Made by a program: the position numbers and the translations under genes
The notes under the pieces: generated by a model
Seen by the model: only the letters and a program-made list of their open reading frames with translations
Databases searched by the model: none
Told to the model about the DNA's origin: nothing
NCBI GenBank assembly: GCA_026770705.1
Contig: JANJGN010000036.1
Location: 2,666,001 to 2,730,000 of the forward strand
Reading direction: 5' to 3'
Source of the DNA: Isurus oxyrinchus
Lineage: Eukaryota
DNA: 64,000 nucleotides
In this document: one piece after another, positions 35,430-47,000 of the stretch
How positions within the stretch are numbered: the stretch's first letter is position 1
Layout: the number at the start of each line of letters is the position of its first letter

Positions 35430-38400
35430 GTGAGATATCTTAACATGTTCAGATAGAGTTGAGTAGGGACTGGACAGAGTAAATAAGGAGAAACTGGCAG
35501 GAAGGCCTAAAATCAGAGCGACACAGATTGAATAGAATCGGCCAGAAAACCAGAGGAGGAGATGAGAAGATTTTTCTTTAACTAAGCGAATTGTTGTGAC
35601 CTGGAAGACTCTGCTTGAAAAGGCGATGGCAGCAGATTCAGTAGGAACTTTCAAATGGGGATTTGGATAAATACTTGAAAAGGAAACATTTGCAGGAATA
35701 TGGGGGAAGGAGCGGGCGGGAGAGTGGGGCCTAAGTGGATAGATCTTTGAAAGTGCCAGCACTCTTAAGGGCCGAAAGGCCTCCAACTGTAGTGTGCGGT
35801 TCTATAAGATGAAGTTCAGTTATCAAGTTCTACGTACAGATAGAACGAAAATCGTCAACAACGTGTAAAATGTGCCTCCGTCGGGATCAATGGATGGGAC
35901 TAATTCGAAATGTAACATCTCCTGGGATAAAAGATAATAGTTGGCTCCATTGACACTATTGGCGATTGAGCAGAGAAAAGAGTTTCAAGGTGATTGTTCG
36001 AGTGAGTTATAATCTCCTCATCTTGAACAAAATAAAGCGCCCAAAGCAGACGGAGAAGACCAGGAAACAAAGGATGGATGAAAGAAAAATAAAAAAGTTG
36101 GAAAATTTAGATTTGAAGCAGCTCTTTTAATGTATTAACTTCATAGCGTTCCCAAGCCTGCACCCCAGTGATTAAACCAGATTTATTGCTGAATGAACTA
36201 CTACTGGGTCCTTGGAATGACAGGGATAAAAACGCGCAAAAAATCCATAGCACGCGATTTTTCGATATGGGCGATTTTTAAAAAATGATTGTGCCTCCTC
36301 CCTATTGGAGTATATTCTCCGCAGGCTGGTCTCAAGAGAAAGGGTGTGAGGGTGCGGGTTGACGAGCTGCACCATAACCCGAGGTAACCCTTGTTTATTT
36401 CTCTCTCTTTCAGTTATTGTGTCTCAGCCTGCCTTGTCCCAGTCTCCGCCGGTTCAGACACTCCCTGGGGGGAGTCGCGCTAAACTGAGCTGCCACACGG
36501 AGAGACCAGTAATTGGCTATGTCTTCTGGTACAGACAGTCGGATCGAAACGACATGAAGTTGTTTTACAGAGCGCGTAAGCACGTCCCAGCTGTGGGGAG
36601 GGTTTCAAGCAAGATTTCTGAAAAAGAGGGCTGTAATTCACTGCTGATTGTGGATACACGGAGAAATGATTCTGGAATGTATTACTGTGCAATCCGCAAT
36701 TACACAAACATGGCCCTAACATTCGGAAATGGCTCCCAGTTAGTGATTACAGGTAAATTTAATCATTATTCCATTGAATTGGGCACTTCTACGGAAAATA
36801 AACGTCTCGGGCTTCAGCTGTTAATGGGATTTCTGTTCAATTTGTCAAATTTAGAGGGCTCCCCCACCATATTCCTCCTCACCCCGCCGGAGGATGAGAT
36901 TTCTTCGATGGAAAGGGTCCCGCTGTTGTGTTTGATCAGAGGCTCGTCCCCCGATTCCTTTCCCGTCCGCTGGAATGTTTCCGGGCGGGTTACCGAGACA
37001 CAGACCGATTCCGCGACAATTGAGTCGGACGGGACCTACACCATCAGGAGTTACACCAGCATCTCGGCGGAAACTTGGAGCAGCGGCGCTCTCTGTACTT
37101 GCGCCATTCAAATCAACTCCAGTGAAAATCTTCTCAGTGCAAGTGTCGCATCGCAGAGAGGTAGCTATTAACAGTGACCGTTTACAAATCTATTTAATGC
37201 TGATGGCAGACTTTGCAATTTTCCAAATTAGAATTGTCCATCTTTCCGTGTGTGTCCATGTAACATCATTTTATCATTGACCTATCGCAGGTCTCTCAAT
37301 CTTTCAGAGTTTAGCTTTCTGAAATTCTAACTCCATCTGTTCTCTCTACCCAGAGAGTTATGGATGTGCAGTCGCTGAGATAGATTTTTGTACACTAAGG
37401 GAGCAAGTGATGCGGACAGGGCGGGAATGTAAATTTGACGTACAAGATTAGCCATGGCCTGATTGAATGGCGCATCAGCTTTGAGGGACCGAATGCTGCT
37501 CCGATTTCTTGTGTTCTTTTTGCCTAGGCATATTGACATGGTTGCATGCTACTGGCTGATTTGTCAGTGTTTAAACTGAAAGGTGTGATTACATTCCCAG
37601 TGTCGCACTTTGTCCCGCATGCTGTGTGCAGTTATCCATTCATCTCTCTATCTACTTAACATGCACAATATTTCTGTCCACCACAGTTAAACAGTGAGGT
37701 GTAAGACATTTTCTGTATCTGTCTGTCCATCTGTTCATCTTTCTATCTATTTCCCCCTCTCTCTCTTTCTCTTAATCAATCAATCTATTTCTGTCCTAGT
37801 GCAGTTTAATATACCTGGCCTATCTACCTGTCTGTTTGTCTGTCTGACTCTGTCTTTCTCTCTATCTCTGACCTCCTCTCGCTCTCCAACTGCCCCTCTC
37901 TGTCCCTGTCTTTCCCTGTCGTTCTCTCTGTTTTTGTGTTGCTTTCTGTCTGTCTCGTTCTCTGCGCTAATGATTTATTTATTTTTCCCTCTATTTACCT
38001 AATTCATTCCCCTCTGATTACTTTGAATATCTCTACCGTACTGAAATGGTGCAGCAAAACGCATCTATATCCATTTATCTATCTACATATCTCACTCACG
38101 CTCTCTCCACACCTCTCTCCCTGTCATTCTCTCTGCTACTTCCTGCCACTCTCTCTTGCTGCATCTCTCTCTGACCCTAAATCTCTGGCTCTATTTTTAT
38201 CCTTTTCTTTCCAATTTAAGCAGTTCTGTATAAGCTGTCAACACTTTCTATCCACCCACCTATCTATCTATCTATCTATCTATCCGTCTATCTGTCCATC
38301 TTTCTGTCTGTCTGTCTATCTATCTCCCTCTGTCTGTTCCCCACCTCCATTTCTCCGATTTGAACGGTCTCTCTCCCTCTGCCTCTCTCTCTCTCTCTCT

Positions 38401-39782
38401 CTGCTTCTGTCTCCATCTCTCTTTCATTATATCTGACGATTTATCTCTTTATTTCTACCCTAGTCAATCTGTTTTGAATCATATATCTGCTTTCTTGGTC
38501 AGTCACTCTCCATCTTTGTCTATCTTATTACTTATGTCCTGTTTATTCAGTATAAATTCTCTGCTCTCTCGCTCTCCATCCCTGCATCTATCTACCTCTG
38601 CTCTCCATTTCTCCTCACTATTTCTATCTCTTTCCATTTCTGTCCCCTTTCATCATTATTCTCTCAGATCTCTGCTCTATTTCAGGATGATAAATTTAAC
38701 AAAAAATCTATTTCGGTTTGTGGTTGAAATCAAACATGTAAATTGAAAACATTTATCTTGTTTAATTAATTTCAGAAACTTCTTTAAACGGGAGTTTCAT
38801 TTCTCTTTTTTTTTGTTGCAGATTCTCCGCTACCTACCACCTGCAGTGTCCCGCTTTCCGGGGTTGTGGCGGCGGCGGCGCTTGTCCTTCTGGGAGTGAT
38901 CCCTCTGGCCATGAGAAGGAGCTGCAGGAACCGGCAGACAGGTAGCGACTGTTGGGAGACGCTGTTTTCCGCCGCGCTCTCAGTCCATTCATTTATCAAT
39001 TGGATACTGACACTTTCAGCCGTTTGGTTGTGAAATGTAGACAGTTATGAGCAGTTGAAATTTTACTTTCTAACAGGAAACATGAACAATGATGAGGAAC
39101 TGACAGATTCCAGAAAACAAAGAGAAAACAAAGAGGTAAATGAATGAATTTGTTGCTGCCACTACGCGTGGATGCTTTTCACCTACTTTTAATTCAAGTT
39201 TTAAAATTCATAGCTATTGTTATATGTGCCTTGGCAACTTCGCCTAGTGAGCTCTACAGGATGGCAGAAACAAGGCTTCAATCCCTCGAGTGCAGAAAAT
39301 TAAGGGATGATGTTACTGAAGGTTTTATGAAGATTAATGGATCTGGTAGGGGAAATGGAGATGTACTATTTCCCCCTGGTAAGGTTGGGAGGGGCGGAAT
39401 CTAGAACAAGGGGCAGACCGCTATAATTAGTGCAGCGCATTCAGGGTTGATATCAGGAAGCACTTTATCACACAAAAGCCAGTGAAAATCTGGATCTTTC
39501 TCTCCTCAAAAGGTCTTGATGCTGCGGGATCAATTGGAAATGTCAAAACTGACACTAATAGATATTTGTTGGGTAAGGGGATTAAAGATTATAGAACCAA
39601 GGTGGGTGGTTGGATGTTATGATACAGATCCGCCATCATCGAATTGAATAAACGGAAGGGGCTGAATGGCCTCTTCCAATCCATAAGATGATGGTGCTGG
39701 CTATTTTAATAGATTCTGTTTTTCCTTTTCTCCACAGACACTTTACGCCCGATTGGCCTTTAAAGAGGATCTCACACTCTGA
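35387..39782 (+). CDS. Intact family-A non-rearranging VJ-C1-TM-ITIM/ITSM-like receptor gene A2 (6 exons, 912 nt, 303 aa)
   Basis: Exons 35387-35429, 36414-36752, 36855-37160, 38822-38941, 39077-39135, 39738-39782. All GT-AG, phases 1,1,1,1,0, no stop or frameshift. Confidence 0.9.
35435..35810 (+). mobile_element. CR1-type LINE 3' fragment in A2 intron 1
   Basis: gacagagtaaataaggagaaactg...aagcgaattgttgtgacctggaag...gggccgaaaggcctcc...ttctat. Confidence 0.7.
36414..36752 (+). CDS. A2 germline-joined VJ domain exon
   Basis: LSQSPP...AKLSC...FWYRQ...NDSGMYYCAIRNYTNMALTFGNGSQLVIT; canonical FGxG J motif inside the V exon, no RSS. Confidence 0.95.
36855..37160 (+). CDS. A2 C1-set domain exon
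   Basis: SPTIFLLTPP...VPLLCLIRG..P...VRWNVSG...SDGTYTIRS...ETWSSGALCTC; 306 nt, phase 1-1. Confidence 0.93.
37700..38680. repeat. CT/TCTA-rich low-complexity intron tract
   Basis: (TCTA)n, (TCTG)n and (TC)n runs. Confidence 0.85.
38822..38941 (+). CDS. A2 stalk/transmembrane exon
   Basis: DSPLPTTCSVPLSGVVAAAALVLLGVIPLAMRRSCRNRQT; 120 nt, stalk Cys, uncharged TM, basic stop-transfer. Confidence 0.88.
39077..39782 (+). CDS. A2 cytoplasmic exons (39077-39135 and 39738-39782)
   Basis: GNMNNDEELTDSRKQRENKE (phase 1>0), then TLYARLAFKEDLTL*; homologous exons in A0, A1 and A3. Confidence 0.82.
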
Positions 39783-41577
39783 TTGGAAAGGAAAGAGGGG
39801 GAGCACTCACAATCAGCTTCCCGAACATGGCCTGCACTAGAAGGTTTCCTCTGATCACATGAAAGACTGAGAATCCAATCGGCGCAAATTCAGGTGCGTT
39901 CTCAGTGCAATTTTGTGATTTTGCCCAAAGCGGAGACTGATTTGTCTCTTAATGTTAGCTGTTCGAAAGATCAGATCTCGAATTCCAGTTTCTCCAGCTT
40001 TCTGTGATGTGATTTTAGTGTTTATATTAAAATTCTGCATAAAAATACAGTATGTGAGCGAGACATAATTCAAATAGATTTAACAATGTATCTGTGCTCG
40101 AGTTATCTAGATATAAAAACAGAATTAAAAACCAATGACGGCTCTGTGATTCTTTTTTTTTCCAATCATGCCAGGTGCCCTCAGATACCTCTGAGGACAA
40201 GGTACAAACACATTTCTAGAGCGAATGTAAACAAGATAGAAGTTGTTTTAGGAACCGAAGGGTACTGGATCGGGTTTAAGGCTGTATTGATATGAAAGCT
40301 GCAGTGTTAATGGACCCCAAACCTTCGATGGTTGTGTCCTAGGAGGGAACAGTGTTACAATTACTCTGGAAGGAAGAATATTTACAATTCATCCGCCCTC
40401 TTGATAATGAAGTTGAGTGGAATTTACCGACTACAATCACTGGTTCGAAGACACTTAAAGTACAGGAAGAGGCCATTCCTCCCGTCACGCCTGTGCCAGC
40501 TCTTTGAATGTGCACTTTAGTACCACACCACATCCGTCTCCTCATGGTCCTAAGAATTAATCTTCTTGTAGCACACCGCCCATTAAATGTTAATATCTAT
40601 CCTGCATACAGCACATCCCATCGGCTGTGACTGAAAGTGCCATGCTGGCCATGTCCATAATTCACAAACGAGAACACAATTCACTCCTCACATTAGAGTA
40701 TCAGTCAAAAGCGTGAGTGAATTTGAGCTGATGTTTCATTGAGATGGTGTCATCCATTTCCATGACATCTTTAATTTCATCAATATTCAAAGGCTGGCCT
40801 GGAAACCATTGGTGTGCTGATTGCCGGATATTTTTGGTAGTGATTAAACTCTGATCTGCAGAACGTCTTATGATCCCCCTTTGTAACGATTAGAAACATT
40901 CTCAAATGTACACTGGCTTATTCTGCTGTAAATTCTCGTTCTGGGCAGATATCTGGGGAGTTTTTCGAGACATTTATGACAAGATGCACGTGGAAAAAGT
41001 CATTCAGCGAAACACAGTTCATCCATCTGTAAAGGCTCTGTCATCCTCAACCTGCAGGACAATGACTGCTTCTTAAAAGAAAAGAAACTCAGGGCATTCA
41101 CAACCGTCACCCTACTGACCCTATGCAGAGAGCCATTCTTAATGCTGATCACTCTGTGTGTCATCGAATCTCGGGCATCCGTCATGTTAATATAATGACG
41201 CATTAATCTGCAGGCACACAGGAGCCATTCAGTCCCTCTCTTTGGATCTAGCTTTTGATCTGATCATGGCTGATGTTAGGAAATTGAGATAGTTTAAGTA
41301 AATTATATGTATATTTAGGTTTAGCTTTAAGGTACATATTTAAGTTTATATAACGTTTTTTCTATTTGTCGATTAAGATATGAACCTGGCATGTAGTTTC
41401 ATTTTTGAGTGGAGGCAACAGGCCTGAAGTTGTTTGTACACTTGCATTTCTAAAGGGTTTTATGACCCTTGAGGAGAAGGTGAAGCAAAGTCAAGAGTAG
41501 AAACGAAAACGGCGCTGTTGCCCAGCAATAGGGGTCCAAGGAGGGTGGCTCTCGCACACATACACACATGGGCAGAC

Positions 41578-41732
41578 NNNNNNNNNNNNNNNNNNNNNNN
41601 NNNNNNNNNNNNNNNNNNNNNNNNNNNNNNNNNNNNNNNNNNNNNNNNNNNNNNNNNNNNNNNNNNNNNNNNNNNNNNNNNNNNNNNNNNNNNNNNNNNN
41701 NNNNNNNNNNNNNNNNNNNNNNNNNNNNNNNN
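41578..41732. other. Assembly gap
   Basis: 155 N at a CA microsatellite. Confidence 1.
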
Positions 41733-43099
41733 CCTTTTCTGTTCACTTGAAAGCAGCTGCAAGAGAGAGGCTAGATAGCAGAGGGACAGATAGCAAGGCG
41801 AAAGCAAAACTTGAAGCCAACTCTGCAGATAAGAAGAATACTCGGGGAAAGGATGGCAGAGATCAGATTTTGCAAAAGGGCTGAAAGTTCCTAAGGCCAA
41901 GGAGTGAGACAGAAATGGCAGAAAGTCCCAATGAGAAGTTATTGTCAAATGAAGGACAGGAAACTGAAAAACGTCCTGCTAATTGAAGTTAAGAGTGAGG
42001 AGCTGAGGAATGCTTCAGGTTTAAAGTGAAAACATTGCAGGAAGAAGATTATTGAGGGATAAGCTTATGACGAATACGAAATTCCAATGAAACAGCTGAT
42101 GTTCTGCCACTCTTTTCTAAATACATGTGAATCAGTGGCACACTGGTGAGGCTGAGTCAGTGAAAGAGAGTGCGAGAATGGAATCTTGAATATATATGAT
42201 GACCTTGGGGAGAGAAACTTCTTTGGAAGGAGAGTCGAAACCCTGGATTTGGACCCTTGCAGAACATGCCTGGGAGAAAGCATCAGTTTGGAAAAGGCTC
42301 CAAAGCGAGTTCACGGAGAGTGGCATTTGGAAACTCTAGTGTGAAGGACGGAGATCAGTGGAACTGGTTGACTCATGGTGTGATAAGCATCTTGTGGGGC
42401 GATTGGGGGTCAGGGATGGTGAGCGCATGTTGGTGGTGGGAATTGATGAGGCATCGATAGCACCTGTTTCAGGTGTGGGTTGGGTGGTGGGTGTAATTGA
42501 TTGGATTTGTGGATATACTCGTTTGAACTGGCAAAGCTACCTGGGGAGTCACTGCAAGGGAGTTCTGCTCAGGCTACCTCTAAACCTCAGCTCCTCAGGT
42601 GTAAAAAAGGGCAGGTGCCAGTGAGGGAGAAACACCATCAGACACCCACTCTGGCAGCACCGGATACAGTGTTTGATGAACTCAATTACCCAACTCAAAC
42701 CTAAGTTTGAGTATTCATAAAGTCAGTAATTTATCTGCTCAGAGACTATTTGACAGGAAAGAGCTAATGAGTCCTTCAGAGACAAAATTACATTGGTTTG
42801 AAATATATAAAAACGGATTCAAATACTTTAATGGTGGTTTTGTGGATTTTAGCCGATTATCACATTCTGGCACTGTTCACTGGTATAATTTATTCTTCAA
42901 AACAAATCAGATTGAAAATCTTATAAAGGTTGCCATAAAATTTAGTGGTGGCTTATTCTGCGAGTGAATCTGATTCACCGTTATTGTCCCCATGTTGGAT
43001 GCCTGGATGATTCAGTATATCACTAAACGCGGGTTACTGGACACCAGGTTAAAAGGTTTGCACCGGGTCACGAAATTCCCGGTTTCGACGTTAAAACTA

Positions 43100-43510
43100 T
43101 TATAAAGATTGAACAGGCTGAGGCACTTTCCCCTAGAAAAATGGGGTCTGAGGGGGTGACCAGATCGAAGTATTTAAAATTATGAACATATTCGATACGG
43201 CAGACATAAAGAAAATATTCCCACTTGTGGCAGAGAGACCAGAACTAGGGACCATCAATATAAGATAGTCACCAATAAATCCCATCAGGAATGTAGGAGA
43301 AACCCCTTTACTCATACAGTGTGGAGACAGTGGAACTCGCTCCCACAGGCAGTGGCCGAGGTGAATCGCAGAGCTGGGTTGAAGGGGGAATGAGGATAAG
43401 CACACGAGAGAGAAAGGAATGGAAGGATATGCTGATGGGGTGAATGAAGAGGGGGTGGGAGGTGGATCGTGTGGAGCAGAAGCACTGGCACAGAGCAGAT
43501 GGCCGATACT
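43100..43510 (+). mobile_element. CR1-type LINE 3' fragment
   Basis: gattgaacaggctgaggcactttccctagaaaa...ctgagggggtgaccagatcgaagtatttaaaattatg. Confidence 0.75.
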
Positions 43511-44055
43511 CTGCTGATCCACATGAATAATTCTGACACAAAGAGACAGGCGGGAAGACAGAATCTGGGTGAAACAATTACTAACATATTAGCGTCATAT
43601 TCTAGCTTTCTCTAATCTGGTGTGTTTTTGTTGAAACCAGAATAAATTAATGTTGTCTCGGTGAATTAAACAGAACACACGGAATGAGGGGCATTTCTAC
43701 TCTGCCCACGCAAATGTCATCAGCGGTAATGTTATTGAATTCAGCACCATTGCCTCTTGTCTCCAGTTTGCACCAGCCTGGACTGCGCACCGCCTGTGAC
43801 GCGTGTTTACCAAGATCTGCAGCGTGTTGCCCTTTGCAGGCAGAGCCGTGTGCGGTCTCCTAGTCTGTAAACAGGAAACCCTTAACTAAAACGTACACCG
43901 CGCTGATTTTTCCAGTGCGCTATTTTTAAACGTTGCACGTAATTTCCGTGAAATGTGCATTTTCACCACATCTTCTGAACCCAGGACCGAGAACAGAGAC
44001 ACCGGAGCTAAGAGACGCTGAAAATGTTAGAGCAAACGGCGCTGGATCCGAGACC

Positions 44056-47000
44056 GAGAGCTTCTTAATGTCCTGTGCGTTGCTGCATCTGTTCCCAGGT
44101 TTGTGTCTTATTCACTCTTCAGTCAGATTGGTTAAAGGCCTGTAAGATAACCAAGTGCAAAATTATCCCATTACCCATATTATATAACATTAACTTCATG
44201 TTGAAAGACTGACTTATGTCCGTCTGATCAAATTCGATCAAATATCAACATTCTCCTGGCTATAGGATGAGATGTAAAACCGACACCCTCTGTCTGACCC
44301 TTTGGGATGGGAAGGGTCGCCGAGCCACTATTAGCAGAGCAACGGAGGAGTGAGGTGGGGGGACAGAGGCGGCGTTGTTCCCCTCTGTGCCCCTGGGGCC
44401 AATATTTATCTCCAAAACAACATCATTAAAGTTACGATCTGGATCATAATCACATTGTAATTTGTGGGTCTGTCTGTGCCCAGTTACAGCTGCCGCTTTT
44501 CCGACATGACAACAGAGACTAAATTCAAAAAAAGTCCTTTAATGTCCCTGAGGCGCCTTTTCCCCTCTTGTTCCTGTTATAGTTTCAAATTTAACCCTCA
44601 ACATTTGACTCCATTCGCCTGTATTAACGAGTGGATGGTCTATTATATATTTTACTGTTGTACCCGATTCGCCATCGGAAGTGTTTTATCTCTTCCTGCC
44701 ATAGCAGAACCCATAGTGATGGTTGTGTAACTCTCAGTTATTGTATGTCAGGCAGTTTTGTGCCAGACTCCGGAGGTTCAAAGCCACTCACTTGCAAGTA
44801 CCTTCAAGGTGCATTTTGACACTTCTTTGTTAGCGCTGGTGTCGAGGCGAGGGGCGGGCGGGGGGTGGGTGGGGGTGCGGGGACGTGAGCTTTTATAATC
44901 GGAGTCATCGGATGCATCTGCCACTAGTTTACACCGTGACAGAATACAAATTTCCAACCGGGAGATTGTTGACAGAAATTAACCAGAATGATTCGGGCAT
45001 GTTTTCATCAGCGGGAAGTTCTCTATGTTTAGAAATGGTTCCAAATTTCTCATCAGAGACACAAACGACCGTCATTTTACAAATTACACCATCCACAACC
45101 CGGAAGCTACGGCCAATACTGATCCCTTCTTAACGCCCAATCCCATCACGTTCTCCAATGTTCCACCGTTTTACTCCTCCTCTAGCTGAAATTCTCTCGA
45201 TGTAAAGTGTCCCTCTGATGTGCTTGGTGAAATCTGTAGGCCCCGATTCCTCGGCCGTTCGCTGGAATATTTCCGAGCGGGGTGCCCAGGGACAGAGCGA
45301 TCCCAGGACATTTAATGTGGACGGGGCCTACCCCAATAGGGGTTACATAATTCTCTGGGCGGAAACCTGAAGCATAGGCGCTCTCTGTACGTGCGCGTTC
45401 AAATCAACTCCGGTGAAAATCTTCCACGTGAAAGTGTCTCATCTCAGAGAGGGAGTTGTTAACAATTACCTCGTGCATTTAATGTGCGGCCTATTTATTA
45501 GCAATATCTCTTTGTATATTAAAATTCCCCCTTCCCATATGTCCACGTATCATTTTCTGAGCCCTTACTCCACTCCCATGTATCTCACCATTTCAGTATT
45601 TAGCTTTCTCAATTTTAAGTCCACCTGTCTACTTTGGATAAAAACATATGGAGAGAGATAAGCTATTTTGACATGTCAATTATTAAATAAAATCTCAATT
45701 TTCTGTTCATCACTTTCACTCTAGATTCTTCTATGTCATTATACGTATTCCATAGAACTTCCAGCACAGAAACAGTTCATTCGGTCCTTTGGCTCGGTGC
45801 TGGTGTTTTTGCTCCAAAAGAACCTCTTCCCATCCCCTCTTCATCTCACCGCATCAACCTATTCCTCCGTTCCTTTCTCCCTCATGCGTTTGTACAGCCC
45901 AATGGGAATGAGCTCCACATTCTCACCAGTCTCTGGTTAAAGAATTTTCTCCTGATTTCTGGATTGGATTTGTTATTGACTCTGATATTGTTGGATTCTA
46001 GTTCTAGTCGCTACCGAAAAGTGCTAATACCTTCTCTACTCCTGGCCAAAAATCCCTTTTGTTGCCTTAAAGACCTTCGTCAGGTAGCCCCACAGACTAC
46101 TCTTTTCTATAAAAACCGAAGATAGCCTGTTCAAACTTTCCTGACTGTTATTACCTTTCAGTTTTGGTATCATTCCAGTCAACCTTTTCTTTTTTGCACC
46201 TTCCCCTTTGCTTCTATATTTAATAATGATATTGTGACCAGAATTCTTCACAGGACTCTAAGTGTGGCCCAGCTAAGTTTTGTAATAAGTTTATTGTCGA
46301 CTTTCTTCTTTTCATTGCTGGGTCTTTTTTTAATTCACTGTATTAACATTTTCACTTGTTTAAATTATTTTTGTGCCTGTACCTCAGAACCTCCTGCTCA
46401 TCAATCCGATTTAAACTCTCATTGTCCCAAAAGTGTGTAGCCAAAACCCTATCACTAAATCTAATCCGGACCCCAATCCTTATCCTTCCGAGCAAGGCGG
46501 TCTCTATATAACGTTTCCTCCACGACAAAAGAAAAAGATCCGTTTGATGACTATAAGATAATTATTCTTTCATGCGTGGTGGACAAACGCTTAGCAAAAG
46601 TTATTATCAATCAATATTGTGAGAATTTCTAAATCGATAGGCTAATAAAGGCCAGCCACCATCGAGTTTTGAAAGTGTAGTCATGCTTAACACATTTAAT
46701 ATTGATTCCTCTTCTAGAAGTGTCTGAGTGGGCAGTTGAAGTGAATGCAGTAGATAGAACCTGTATGAGGTTCCACAAGGTATTCTTGCATTTGTGTTTG
46801 ATAAATTTATCTATGTATCTCTCACTCGCACCCGGTCTTCNNNNNNNNNNNNNNNNNNNNNNNNNNNNNNNNNNNNNNNNNNNNNNNNNNNNNNNNNNNN
46901 NNNNNNNNNNNNNNNNNNNNNNNNNNNNNNNNNNNNNNNNNNNNNNNNNNNNNNNNNNNNNNNNNNNNNNNNNNNNNNNNNNNNNNNNNNNNNNNTCTAT

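Noticed and set aside
36414-37160. A conventional rearranging TCR or Ig light-chain locus
   Set aside because: V and J are in one exon with no RSS, the V-C intron is about 100 nt, and there are TM and Tyr-motif tail exons with no TCR-type charged TM residues. TACTGTG in the YYCA codons is the usual coding by-product.
36359-37171. 270-aa ORF as a single-exon or retroposed gene
   Set aside because: It spans an in-frame intron with good splice sites; leader, TM and tail are separate exons.
37694-38746. Long Leu/Ser-rich hydrophobic ORFs
   Set aside because: Artefacts of a CT-rich low-complexity intron.
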